From NCBI GenBank assembly GCA_963772765.1, contig CAVYYP010000004.1:4558-68557 (forward strand): a stretch of DNA of 64,000 nucleotides. The letters are read 5' to 3'. The notes under the pieces were generated by a model. It was not told where the DNA came from, did not search any database, and saw only the letters and a list, made by a program, of their open reading frames with translations. This DNA is from Candidatus Bathyarchaeota archaeon. GTDB taxonomy: Archaea > Thermoproteota > Bathyarchaeia > Bathyarchaeales > Bathyarchaeaceae. This document shows, in pieces, positions 45,737-55,441 of the stretch. Every line of letters begins with the position of its first letter. The stretch's first letter is position 1. A program made the translations under genes and the position numbers.

Positions 45737-48314
45737 TTATTTTCTTCTTCTAAGTGCTAGATATGTGACTACTGCTATGATTGCAACTGCAATGACAGCG
45801 ATTATGATTGCCATGTCTGTGCTGATCAGTGGGTCTTCGGGTTGTAGTTGTCCGGATGCTGTTGCGGCTGAGCCTATAGAAACTGCGGTTGCTGCTGCTG
45901 AGCTGCCATATGATTTGTCACCTGCGAAGGATGCAATTATTTTGTACACTCCTTCGTTTTCGGGTGTCCATGCCTTGCTGAATGTTCCGTAGTATCCGTC
46001 TGTTGTGACTGTGCCGATGTCGATGTATTCGCCGCTTTCAGAGACTGCCGTCAAAGTTACTGGAACACCTGTTATGATTTGGTCGCCCCAAATTCCGTCG
46101 ATTGGCCTTTGTAGGTGTAGGTATTCCATTTGTGTGGTCATTGATGCTTCAGTTACGCATGGTGTGCCTTCTTGTGCTGGCGATGCGTCTAGGACTGTGC
46201 CTTTTATCAGGACTTCTGTTCCTAGAGGTACAGTGTTTTCTGGTCCTGTAACTGTGGTTTCGCTTTTGCCCATTCCGAAGACGTACATGTATCCGTCATA
46301 GCGTGAAGATGCTGTAAGGTAGCCGTCTGCCATGCCGCCTGGGACCATGAATCCTGTGATGTTCCATACGCCCTTGCCAGTATATGCGTCGATGCAGTGG
46401 AGTCCCCAACCTCTGGTGATTGGCTGTGTTTCTGTGTGTTCAGTGTTATACATGTAGAGTTTTCCGTCAGCTATTACACCGCCAGCATTAAACGAGTATG
46501 TTGGTTCGCCTTCAGGATTAACGTATGGCGTTTCATAGACGCTGTCTGCGGGCGCTTCATATTTCCACGCTATTTTACCTGTATTCCAGTCAAAGGCGTA
46601 GATTCCAGAGTATGCTTCTCTGAAGATCAGACCGTAAGCTGATTGTATGGCGTATGCTCCGAAGCTGGGTGCGTCCCATGGGTAGTCCATTTGTTCGCTC
46701 TTCCATGCTTCGTTTCCGGTACGAAGATCCCATGCCCAGAAGTCTCCATCCTTCATCAGGTACAGCAACTTTTCCATGATCTGCAACTGATACGGCTGTG
46801 CTGTAGTATCGTTCATTAACGTCTTTGGTCCAAAGAACATCGCCGGTTGTCACGTCGACAGCGGTCATGCTTATTCCAACCCATTCAGCTCCTGTTTCCA
46901 GGTCGTTGATGGCATCTATTTGCACGGATACCATTGACTCAAAATCTTGCACTGAACCTAAACTGCTAAGAGGCCAAGTTATGTTGCTGACAACACGATC
47001 AGCGAAGTTGGCAGTGTTACCGTTTATTGTCCATTTGATCAGGCGATAGTTAGGGTTGAAGAAGTCGCCGAGGTTCTGTACGCTGTAGACATATGGATCA
47101 GAATATAGTGTTCCGTCCATTGCAGGTACTTCGAGGGCTAATGTTCCGTCAAATGGGTCCCATTTTCTCAAAGTGCCACTGGTTATGCCTACGAGATATG
47201 CACCAGTTCCGAATTGTTCGATTGCTCCGGGTACTTCGCCGTGACCTTGCTCAAGATGTACTGCGCTTGGTACAACAGATGTGGTTATTTCAAACACTCC
47301 AAAGATCAGCGTGGTTGTTGTTTGTGCTTGTTGTTCCCAGTATAGTTCTCCTGTTCGTAGGTCGTAGCATTGCCACATGGTTGCTTCTGTTCCATCCAGA
47401 AGTGCCTTTGTGACGGTTCCGTAACATCTTCCATTAAAGATTATGCTAGGAGTGATGCTACCACCAAAACCGCCACCACCAAGCAATGAGAATGTTCCCC
47501 AGTCGCTTCCTACCAGACCTGCTAGGGATCGTGGTTCTTTCCAGACTACGTGTGAGGTTTCTGGTGCTTGGACATATGGAGTGAAGTCGTAGTTGCTCCT
47601 GTAAATGTTTGTGTTTGCTGGCCAGCCTGCGCCTCCGCCAATCCCCGTGTAGGGGTACCATCCTGAAATTGTTGCCCATTCTCTGTGTTCTGGTGAAATT
47701 GGTCGTGTCCAGTAGTCTGTTGGTAGTCCTAGGTCAGGCCAAGAATATACTATGTCTTCCTGTACTGTGAGTTCTTGCCAGTTTGTGGAACTTGGTTCAT
47801 AGTAAACTGATTTGGTGAAGCTTGTGATTTGGTCGGCTGATTGGGAGAAAACTGCGCCTTCGTGTGTTGTGTAGTTTCCTGCTGGGAAGAAGCCGCCTGG
47901 GAACTCGAATTTGAGTCGCCATATGCCGACTTGGTCTGCGGTGTATTCGAACCATGCTGTTGTGTCAGCGCGATATGAATCCATTGTTAGTGGGATTTCG
48001 GTTCCGTCAGGTTTTTGGATTGTGACTTTATAGTCGCTCATGTATCGGCTTACATGTATTGAGGGCGTAAGCCACATGTTAACCAAGAAAACCTGTCCCA
48101 ATCCTACTGGGTTGGGTCTGAAGCTAAGGTAAGCAGACGTGGGAAGTGTTACGTCGGGGGTGACGCCTGCAGGTATTGTTGTATATGAACCGCCTTCTTG
48201 CAGATTCCCGTATTCTTGAGCTTGTATAGGCACCAATAGCATAAATGCAGATGTTGCCAAAAGAGCAATTACAACAATTGCCGTTAATTGGGTTTTATTT
48301 ACTAAACTTTTCAT
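45737..48314 (-). CDS. Secreted PQQ-like beta-propeller repeat protein with a C-terminal TM anchor, split by a 1-nt frameshift as assembled
   Basis: Signal peptide MKSLVNKTQLTAIVVIALLATSAFML. Repeats of the type ..DG.L.A.D..TG...W. ORFs 46590-48314 and 45737-46840 join near 46760 (..VADHGKVAV|LMKDGDFWAWDLRTGNEAWK). The protein ends ...YLALRRRK. Confidence 0.65.
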
Positions 48315-48415
48315 TTTTTGTTCTCCTTTTTCTTTCTTTTTGTTGACTTCTGGTCGCCTTCAGCGAAAAAAAAACAAGACTGACAGTAGATAGTGAATAG
48401 AAGCCGTTGAACCAG

Positions 48416-48565
48416 TTAATGAAGCTGGCAAGTGTACGCAATGCTCTGCGTAGGATTATCTTTGATCTCCCCCTGACTCAATTTGTGTTAAATGAGACTA
48501 TAGGCTGAAAAACAACCAGTACTCATCAACGGGAGTATGTTTTGCGCGTTCAAAATATAAGGTTT
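48416..48565 (-). promoter_or_regulatory. Conserved TATA-plus-leader module, copy c3, heading the ~235-nt 5' leader of the beta-propeller gene
   Basis: TTATATTTT lies on the minus strand at 48552-48560, followed by GTTGATGAGTACTGGTTGTTT. The sORF MSTGCFSAYSLI* is at 48488-48526. A U9 run (48366-48374) precedes the RBS AAGGAG. Confidence 0.55.
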
Positions 48566-48675
48566 TGCACCTTTTTGCCATTTTATGTGTTACAGAAACA
48601 TAGAAAAGTGGCGTAATGTGCATGGTATCATCGGCTCAGAAATAGGGCTTTGTTTAGAATGGATGCGATGAAATT

Positions 48676-49092
48676 TTGGATGCTGTTGGGGTTGTTGTGG
48701 GGATAGTTACTAAAGGTAACAAGTTTTTGGTTGAACGGCGAAGATGGGATGAAGCTGTTGACCCGGGTATTGTTTGTTTGCCTGCGGGTCATGTTGATCC
48801 AGATGAAGGCTTAGAGGATGCATTGAAGCGAGAGATGCTAGAGGAGCTGGGCATAAAGGTTAAGGTGATACAGTTTGTGTGTAAGAATTTTTATGTTGCA
48901 AGTAATGGTGAGAAGCAGCATGCATACTGTTATCGTATTGTTGATTATGAGGGTGAGCCTGTTTGCAAAGAGGCTGAGGAGATTTTCTGGGAAGATGACA
49001 TCAACAACATGAGCCTTGATGTTGACAAGAAGACGCTTGAAAAAATGAGAAAAGTTCAAAGCAGCAGCGATGGGGTATACAAAACTGGATAA
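48676..49092 (+). CDS. NUDIX hydrolase
   Basis: Nudix box GHVDPDEGLEDALKREMLEELGI. Confidence 0.8.
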   Translation: MDAVGVVVGIVTKGNKFLVERRRWDEAVDPGIVCLPAGHVDPDEGLEDALKREMLEELGIKVKVIQFVCKNFYVASNGEKQHAYCYRIVDYEGEPVCKEAEEIFWEDDINNMSLDVDKKTLEKMRKVQSSSDGVYKTG

Positions 49093-49642
49093 CTGTAAAA
49101 TCATAGAAGAACTGGCTGAGCGATTAGGGCAAAAGTTGGAGATTGTTGAGGCTAATGCCGCTGTTGTTGTGTTGTTAAGAATATTGAATCGGGAAATTCA
49201 GGTTCTGTTTGTGAAGAGGGCAGAGTATCCCGCTGATACGTGGTCGGGACAGGTTGCGTTGCCTGGGGGTAAAAGAGAGCCAAAGGACAAAAATTTGAAG
49301 GCAACTGTTGTTAGGGAAACTCTGGAGGAGACAGGAATAAATCTTCTTGGGGGTTGCCAGTTTCTGGGAATAATGGAGCCTGTCAGGTCGGTAAGGAAGC
49401 CTGAACTGAAAGTTCTGCCTTTTGTTGTCCTGCAAGAAGAGCCGCAGACAATAAATTTGAACAGAGAATTGACAGATTGTTTCTGGGAGCCGCTAAAAGA
49501 GCTTGACAAACATAAAAGAGATGTCAAACTGAGTTTTGGAGAGTTTACTGCCTACACTGTAGATGGTCAGGTTATTTGGGGATTGACATTCAACATTCTG
49601 CACAATCTATTATCAATTCTAGAAGCCATCAACAAAGAATGA
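49070..49642 (+). CDS. NUDIX hydrolase (CoA pyrophosphatase-like)
   Basis: Nudix box LPGGKREPKDKNLKATVVRETLEETGI. Confidence 0.75.
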   Translation: MGYTKLDNCKIIEELAERLGQKLEIVEANAAVVVLLRILNREIQVLFVKRAEYPADTWSGQVALPGGKREPKDKNLKATVVRETLEETGINLLGGCQFLGIMEPVRSVRKPELKVLPFVVLQEEPQTINLNRELTDCFWEPLKELDKHKRDVKLSFGEFTAYTVDGQVIWGLTFNILHNLLSILEAINKE

Positions 49643-49661
49643 ACCATTCTGCTTAGAGTAA

Positions 49662-50759
49662 TTATTTGACGCTGTTAGTGGCTGCAGAAACTCGTCTTAG
49701 GCACTCAAGCGCATTTTCGTATGTTGGATAAGATTTTAGTCCGCATTCGGGTCCAGCGTATAATATTCTGTCTTCGCCGAACCGCTCAATAAGAGTTGTC
49801 AGCCGCTTTGTCATTGTTTTTGTTGTGTCCAGAAAACTTTGTGGGTCAACTGTCTTGTTTTTGATTTGTGTCCATGTGTCAGCAATTTTCTCGTTAATGT
49901 CAGATTCTCCAAGCTGCGGCGAGTCTGCTTCAAGTTTTTGTTTGATTAATGCGTCAAAGTCGTTTACTGTTATGCTGGCTTTCAGGAACTTGTCTTTCGA
50001 AGCTAATAGTTCTCCAGTTTTTTTCATCTGTGTGATTGGGTCGTCAACGTGTGAGTCAATTGTGTCCAAGGATTTTATGTCCCAGAAAAGTGGATTTGCT
50101 GTGCTGTGAAGGTGCAGCATTGTTTGTGCATTTTTTGATTTGACTGTTTGAAAAATTGTTTCCCAAGCATTCTGAAGATTTTCTCGTCCTTCAGAGCCAA
50201 AGTCGATTAAGGGGTCATCCAGTAGACCAAAAAGGGGTTCATCAACAGAAACTAGACTTGTTTTTCCTTGATTGTTGCTGAAAAGGCTTGTTTCCAAGAT
50301 TTGAGAGATTATGTTTCCGAGTCTGCCAAAGATTCTTTCGTCCTTGTATGGGAAAAAAGAGGAAAGCGTGTATGGTCCAGTTACACATATTCTGGCTTCA
50401 AATGGTTCGCCTTTTTTTTCTTGAATTTGTTGCGAGTTTTTTTCTAGAGCTAGAACTTCTGGAATCTGGCTTGTTCCAGACTTGAGGGAAAGAGCATCTG
50501 TTTCAATGTAGCCTGCATCAAGTTTTTCGATGCCGTCCATTATTGAAAGAAACATTTCGCTCATGTCTCTGAACTGAGGATAATTTGGAACGTCAATCCC
50601 TGCACCGATTTTGTCAAGAAAGTTTTCAACTATGTTTTTCTCGAAATATTCTGCCGATTCATCATTCTGGTTAAGCCCGAAACGCTGGGCGCCTTCTAGA
50701 AACCTTGAAGAATCACCAAGAAATGGAAAACTGCCAGAGTCACACGACTTTATCATCAA
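49662..50759 (-). CDS. Cobalamin-independent methionine synthase-like (MetE C-terminal domain family) protein
   Basis: ICVTGPYTL, the HLHS block and C-terminal YAGPECGLK (Zn-ligand Cys context). Confidence 0.55.
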   Translation of the reverse strand: MMIKSCDSGSFPFLGDSSRFLEGAQRFGLNQNDESAEYFEKNIVENFLDKIGAGIDVPNYPQFRDMSEMFLSIMDGIEKLDAGYIETDALSLKSGTSQIPEVLALEKNSQQIQEKKGEPFEARICVTGPYTLSSFFPYKDERIFGRLGNIISQILETSLFSNNQGKTSLVSVDEPLFGLLDDPLIDFGSEGRENLQNAWETIFQTVKSKNAQTMLHLHSTANPLFWDIKSLDTIDSHVDDPITQMKKTGELLASKDKFLKASITVNDFDALIKQKLEADSPQLGESDINEKIADTWTQIKNKTVDPQSFLDTTKTMTKRLTTLIERFGEDRILYAGPECGLKSYPTYENALECLRRVSAATNSVK

Positions 50760-50783
50760 ACGTTCTCCCTTATGCTGCTTGTT

Positions 50784-51773
50784 TTATTCTGTTTTAAAGT
50801 GTTCCCATCCTTGGGCATCCACGGAGACTTCAGGTCCATCATGTTCTACTACAATTTTCTGTTCTTTTGTTGCATACCCAATCTTTGTCAATGTTCCGCC
50901 TACATTGTTTACAGCATCTTTTGCTTTCTGCCAAAGGTCTGGACTAACGGTTACGATTAGCTCGTATTCTTCTCCACCATACAAAGCCAATTCAGACGGG
51001 TCCAAATTGTGAAGCTCTGCGAATTGTTCAGCCTCAGGAGCCACTGGAAGACAATCAATATGAAAGCCCACGTTGTTTGCTTTGGAAAGTTCATGAAGAC
51101 TCCACGCTAAGCCGTCGCTGGAGTCAATGGAAGCTGTTGCTGAATGAGACTGTGCTAATGCAATTCCTTCTTTTACTCTTGCTTTGGGCATCAAAACAGA
51201 GTCCAAAAGAACTTGCCTAGACTTTGGACCAGAAAGATTGTTCATTAGGATTTTTAGTCCAGCAGCTGTTTTTCCAAAAGAACCAGTTACAGCAAGATAG
51301 TCTCCAGCTTTTGCGCCAGTTCGCTTAATCAAATCAGTTTTTTTGCAGGTTCCAAGTGCGGCGCAGCTGATTATGAGGTCGGGTGCCTCGTTTGTGTCGC
51401 CGCCCAGAACATAGGTGTCGTATTCTCGGGCGCCTGCATTTAGTCCCTTGCCGATTTGCAGTATGTCTGTCTCGGGTAGGCTCGGCGGTACTCCAATGGA
51501 AGCTAGCAAAACGAGAGGCGTTGCGCCTTTTGCCGCCAAATCGCTTAGATTCATTATTACTGCTTTTCGAGCTGCCTGCCAGATAGTCATGCCTTTTGGA
51601 ACGTCTGTTTTTCCTACAAGCATGTCCACATTGATTACTGCAGCGTTGTTGTTTCCGATGTCTAGTGCTGAGGCATCGTCTCCGAAGGGGAGGGGCATGT
51701 TGGGCATCGGGTCCAGGGTGTCTAGGATAAGTTTTATGATTTTTCTTTCGCCTAGGTCTTTGGCTGAACTCAA
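50784..51773 (-). CDS. thiL: Thiamine-monophosphate kinase (AIR synthase-related family)
   Basis: ERKIIKLI...FGDDASALDIG...VDMLVGKTDVP...NLSDLAAKGATP matches the ThiL pattern. Confidence 0.65.
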   Translation of the reverse strand: MSSAKDLGERKIIKLILDTLDPMPNMPLPFGDDASALDIGNNNAAVINVDMLVGKTDVPKGMTIWQAARKAVIMNLSDLAAKGATPLVLLASIGVPPSLPETDILQIGKGLNAGAREYDTYVLGGDTNEAPDLIISCAALGTCKKTDLIKRTGAKAGDYLAVTGSFGKTAAGLKILMNNLSGPKSRQVLLDSVLMPKARVKEGIALAQSHSATASIDSSDGLAWSLHELSKANNVGFHIDCLPVAPEAEQFAELHNLDPSELALYGGEEYELIVTVSPDLWQKAKDAVNNVGGTLTKIGYATKEQKIVVEHDGPEVSVDAQGWEHFKTE

Positions 51774-52014
51774 ATGGGATACCTCTCTAGCATATTCTGT
51801 TTGTTGATTGTCTTAAGAATAGCTGTAATTGATTGTCTATAGATTCTGAAAAAACCTTTTATAGATTATTGGATGCTGACAATAGCAGAAATTATGTCAA
51901 AAAGTCAAAGAGATGAGTGATGTTGACAGGTTCTGTTGTTGAAGCAACCAGTTTTAAACAAAATTATATATCTGCTAAAGGCATACATGCAACAATAATT
52001 GGAGAGATGAGCGC

Positions 52015-53697
52015 TTGAAAGTAAACAAAGCTTTGATTTTAGTTGCCTTGAGTTTGTTGGCTTTATGTGCAGTTAATACTCAGATGGTATTTTCTCAAGA
52101 AACTACAGCAATTTACATTTTAGAGGACGGAACTCTTTATCCTGAATCTGCAAATGGAACAGTTATTGAGCAAAACGGAAACGTGTACACGCTTCTGACT
52201 GACATTCCAGAGATTTCATTTGTAATTCAGCGCTCAAATGTAGTGCTTGATGGCGCAGGCTATTCGATTTCAGGAGACAGCGAAATCGGAATTGACATAT
52301 CAGATTTGACTGGGGTGACTGTCAAGAACCTCAACATAGTCGGACCATACATGAATGGCATCTACATGGTAGGGTCATCGGGCACCACAATTGCAAACAA
52401 CAGCATAAGCGGAAACGGTTGGGGTCTATTCATTTACAATTCTTCCCAGAACACCCTTACTGGAAACAACATCGTAAACAACAACATTGGAATCGACCTA
52501 GAAACATCAAGAAACAACGTTTTCAGGGACAACAACCTCGACAACACGCAGAACTTGGCAGTGTTCGGGGACACACTTGCGGAATTTGCTCTAGACTTGG
52601 ACACATCAAACACTGTTAACGACAAGACAATCTACTATCTAGTGAACAAAAATGATCTTGTAATTAGCCCGACCACATATCCTGATGTGGGAATTCTTGC
52701 GCTTGTAGACTGTGATAACATAACAGTTCAAAATCTCGAACTGACAAACAACGGTCAGGGCTTGATGGTTGCGTTCTCAACAAGCTCAAAAATACTGGGT
52801 AACACAATAACTGACAATCATCATGGCATAGTGCTGTTTGGTTCTTCAGATATTGAGGTTTCAAATAACATACTTACAGCAAATTATAGGGCAATGCAAA
52901 TTAGCAGGGCATCAAAGAACAACAGAGTAAACAACAATAACATAACAAACAATGAGCAGGGCATTCTTCTATTCGACTCTTCGGTGAACACGTTTGTCGG
53001 CAATACTGTCCAAGACAACAAGATGGGAATCGGCTTCAATAAAGCATCAAACAACATGATATACGGAAACTACTTCGTCGACAACACAGACTATCAGGTT
53101 TATGACGCAGGCATAGACTCCACAGACATAACAAACTCAACAAACTACTGGAACTTTGATTACCCCATCGGCGGCAACTACTGGAGCGACTACAAGGGAG
53201 TTGACTTCAAGAGTGGAGCAGACCAAAACGAGGACGGTAGCGACGGCATAGGTGACACACCTTACGTGATTAACTCAAAGAACAAAGATCAGTATCCGCT
53301 ACTGCCATACGGAAGCTCCTTTGGTATAGCCATTGATTCTCCTGAAGGAAAAACATACTACAGCACCTCTGTCACATTGACATACCAAGTGACAAACCCA
53401 GATGCAACAGTAAGCTACAGCCTAGACGGACAAGCAAACGTAACAATCACAGGAGCCACAACATTGTCAGACCTTTCTGAGGGCGCACACACACTCAAAG
53501 TGTATGCAAAAGACACAGACGGAACAGAAGCATCCGACACAGTTTACTTTGCCACCACAGAAGAACAGCCACAGGAACCATCATCAGGAAACAGCGAAAC
53601 AGGCGATGACACCCAAATACTGGTAATTGTAGTTGGAATTGCAGTAATTGCAGCAGTAATACTAGGCATCATCTATTTCTTGAAAGTAAAGAAATAA
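52015..53697 (+). CDS. Secreted right-handed beta-helix (NosD/PbH1-repeat) protein with a C-terminal TM anchor; paralogue of 29368-30996
   Basis: Signal peptide, PbH1-type repeats, GGNYWSDY...DGIGDTPY...DQYPL, and the end ILVIVVGIAVIAAVILGIIYFLKVKK. Confidence 0.7.
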   Translation: MKVNKALILVALSLLALCAVNTQMVFSQETTAIYILEDGTLYPESANGTVIEQNGNVYTLLTDIPEISFVIQRSNVVLDGAGYSISGDSEIGIDISDLTGVTVKNLNIVGPYMNGIYMVGSSGTTIANNSISGNGWGLFIYNSSQNTLTGNNIVNNNIGIDLETSRNNVFRDNNLDNTQNLAVFGDTLAEFALDLDTSNTVNDKTIYYLVNKNDLVISPTTYPDVGILALVDCDNITVQNLELTNNGQGLMVAFSTSSKILGNTITDNHHGIVLFGSSDIEVSNNILTANYRAMQISRASKNNRVNNNNITNNEQGILLFDSSVNTFVGNTVQDNKMGIGFNKASNNMIYGNYFVDNTDYQVYDAGIDSTDITNSTNYWNFDYPIGGNYWSDYKGVDFKSGADQNEDGSDGIGDTPYVINSKNKDQYPLLPYGSSFGIAIDSPEGKTYYSTSVTLTYQVTNPDATVSYSLDGQANVTITGATTLSDLSEGAHTLKVYAKDTDGTEASDTVYFATTEEQPQEPSSGNSETGDDTQILVIVVGIAVIAAVILGIIYFLKVKK

Positions 53698-53847
53698 ACA
53701 GACAAGGACTTGTAGAATGCTAACATCGGGCGGCTACAAGTACCGTTTTTACTTTTTTATAATTATTAATTAGCAGTTACTAAGATGTCTCTTTATTCGT
53801 TGTTCCCGAATGTCTTAAAAATATGTTTTATGCTCAGTTCATTATGT

Positions 53848-53924
53848 GCCTCGGTGGCTCAGCCCGGTAGAGCGGCAGCCTCGTAAGTTGTTGGTCGCGG
53901 GTTCAAACCCCGCCCGGGGCTCCA
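53848..53924 (+). tRNA. tRNA-Thr (anticodon CGU), CCA encoded
   Basis: Hand-folded cloverleaf: acceptor GCCUCGG/CCGGGGC, D arm GCUC..GAGC, anticodon loop CUCGUAA, T arm GCGGG-UUCAAAC-CCCGC. A TATA-like TTAAAAATAT lies about 27 nt upstream. Confidence 0.9.
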
Positions 53925-54015
53925 TCCTTTTCATGGTGTACGTTTTTGTTTGGTTCATAAAAATTATATATTGTATAGTAAGATATTATATTGGTGGGTT
54001 TTGGAGGAGTTAGCC

Positions 54016-54885
54016 ATGGCTGAAAAGAAGTTTATCGCAATATGCTTAGTTTGCATCATCCTTGTGACGGGACTTGTTGGAGTAACAATGTTGCTCAACC
54101 AGAAAGAGGACGAAATCAAAATCAAAACAGAACAGTTCATTGAAATGGAAGACCAAAAGAACTCATTGGAAACCCAGCTTGCAAGCAGCCAGACAGAGAA
54201 CTCCATGCTCAACAGCGAAGTTGACAGTTTAGAAAGCCATGTTTTAGACCTCGAAACAGAGAAAAGTTTGCTGGAAAATGAAAAGACTACACTAGAAACT
54301 GAGGTTTCATCGTTGCAGAACGAGAAGTCGGGTTTGGAGATGCAGGTTTCTGGTCTTGAGTCTGAGGTGTCTGGGCTTGAGGATGATGTGGCTGTTTTGG
54401 GTGCTCAGGTTTTGAGTCTTCAGGGTGACATTTCTGACCTACAGGATGAGGTGGTCGAGAAGTATAATTTGGGCTATTCTGAGGGAGAGTTTGTGGGCTA
54501 CGAGACGGGCTATGATTTGGGATATGATGAGGGCTATAGCAGTGGTGTTAAGTTTATGACAGAAAATGGAGTGTATCTGGTAGACCCGACGTATTATGAG
54601 GCTCTTGCTTTCATAAATTCTGACAATACAAACTTGAATCCGTATACGCAGTATTATGTTTGCTACGATTTTACAGCAGATTTTATTGGGAATGCTCTTC
54701 AGGCAGGTTACAGGTGCGGATTTGTTTACATCGAATTCTCTGACAGCGCCCATGCAATCGCCTGTTTTGATACTACTGATAATGGTTTGATTTATGTTGA
54801 GCCTCAGACTGATGAGATTGTTTCTGTGGCGGTTGGGCAACAGTATAGCGGCTACACAATTGTGGATATGGGAATAATCTGGTAG
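54016..54885 (+). CDS. Membrane-anchored coiled-coil protein with a C-terminal transglutaminase-like (Cys-His-Asp) domain
   Basis: TM helix FIAICLVCIILVTGLVGV. Perfect heptads VSGLESE/VSGLEDD/VAVLGAQ/VLSLQGD/ISDLQDE. C-terminus YVCYDFTADF...AHAIACF...YVEPQTDE. Confidence 0.5.
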   Translation: MAEKKFIAICLVCIILVTGLVGVTMLLNQKEDEIKIKTEQFIEMEDQKNSLETQLASSQTENSMLNSEVDSLESHVLDLETEKSLLENEKTTLETEVSSLQNEKSGLEMQVSGLESEVSGLEDDVAVLGAQVLSLQGDISDLQDEVVEKYNLGYSEGEFVGYETGYDLGYDEGYSSGVKFMTENGVYLVDPTYYEALAFINSDNTNLNPYTQYYVCYDFTADFIGNALQAGYRCGFVYIEFSDSAHAIACFDTTDNGLIYVEPQTDEIVSVAVGQQYSGYTIVDMGIIW

Positions 54886-54888
54886 CGT

Positions 54889-55362
54889 CTATTGTGTTAG
54901 TGTTTTTTTGATGGGGTCTTCGGGTTTGTCTTTGATTGTGCTGTGAACGATGAAGGTTTCTGTTTCTTTTACTCCGTTTAGGTCATGGATTTTTTTGACT
55001 AGGTCGGTTAGTTCTTTGTTGTCTTTGACCAGTACTTTTGCTATGCTGTCGTATTTGCCAAAGATTCTTTGAAATTCTGCTACCTGTGGAATGTTTTTGA
55101 TTATTTCTTCTGTTTCTTTTCTTAGGTCGTTTCTGGGGTCTTCTCGCATCAAAATGTAGGCTTGAATGGATAGTCCGAGGATTTCGGGTTCCATTTTTGG
55201 GTAGAAGGAGATTATTAGTCCGGATTGTTGCATTTGTTCAATTTTTTTTGCGACTGTTTGTCTTGTGACGCCTATGTCTTCTGCTATTTTGAGGATTGGG
55301 CGTTGTCCTTTTTCTAGCAGGTTTAGCAGTATCTTTTTTTCCAGATCTTTGACAATTAACAT
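54889..55362 (-). CDS. Lrp/AsnC family transcription regulator
   Basis: The HTH LKIAEDIGVTRQTVAKKIEQMQQSGLI plus a C-terminal RAM-like domain. Confidence 0.85.
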   Translation of the reverse strand: MLIVKDLEKKILLNLLEKGQRPILKIAEDIGVTRQTVAKKIEQMQQSGLIISFYPKMEPEILGLSIQAYILMREDPRNDLRKETEEIIKNIPQVAEFQRIFGKYDSIAKVLVKDNKELTDLVKKIHDLNGVKETETFIVHSTIKDKPEDPIKKTLTQ

Positions 55363-55441
55363 TTTGTTAACGTAACCTTTAAAAATGTTGCCAGTTTTTA
55401 AACTTTTCTAATAACAGTTAAACATCTAGTAAAAGTGAATT

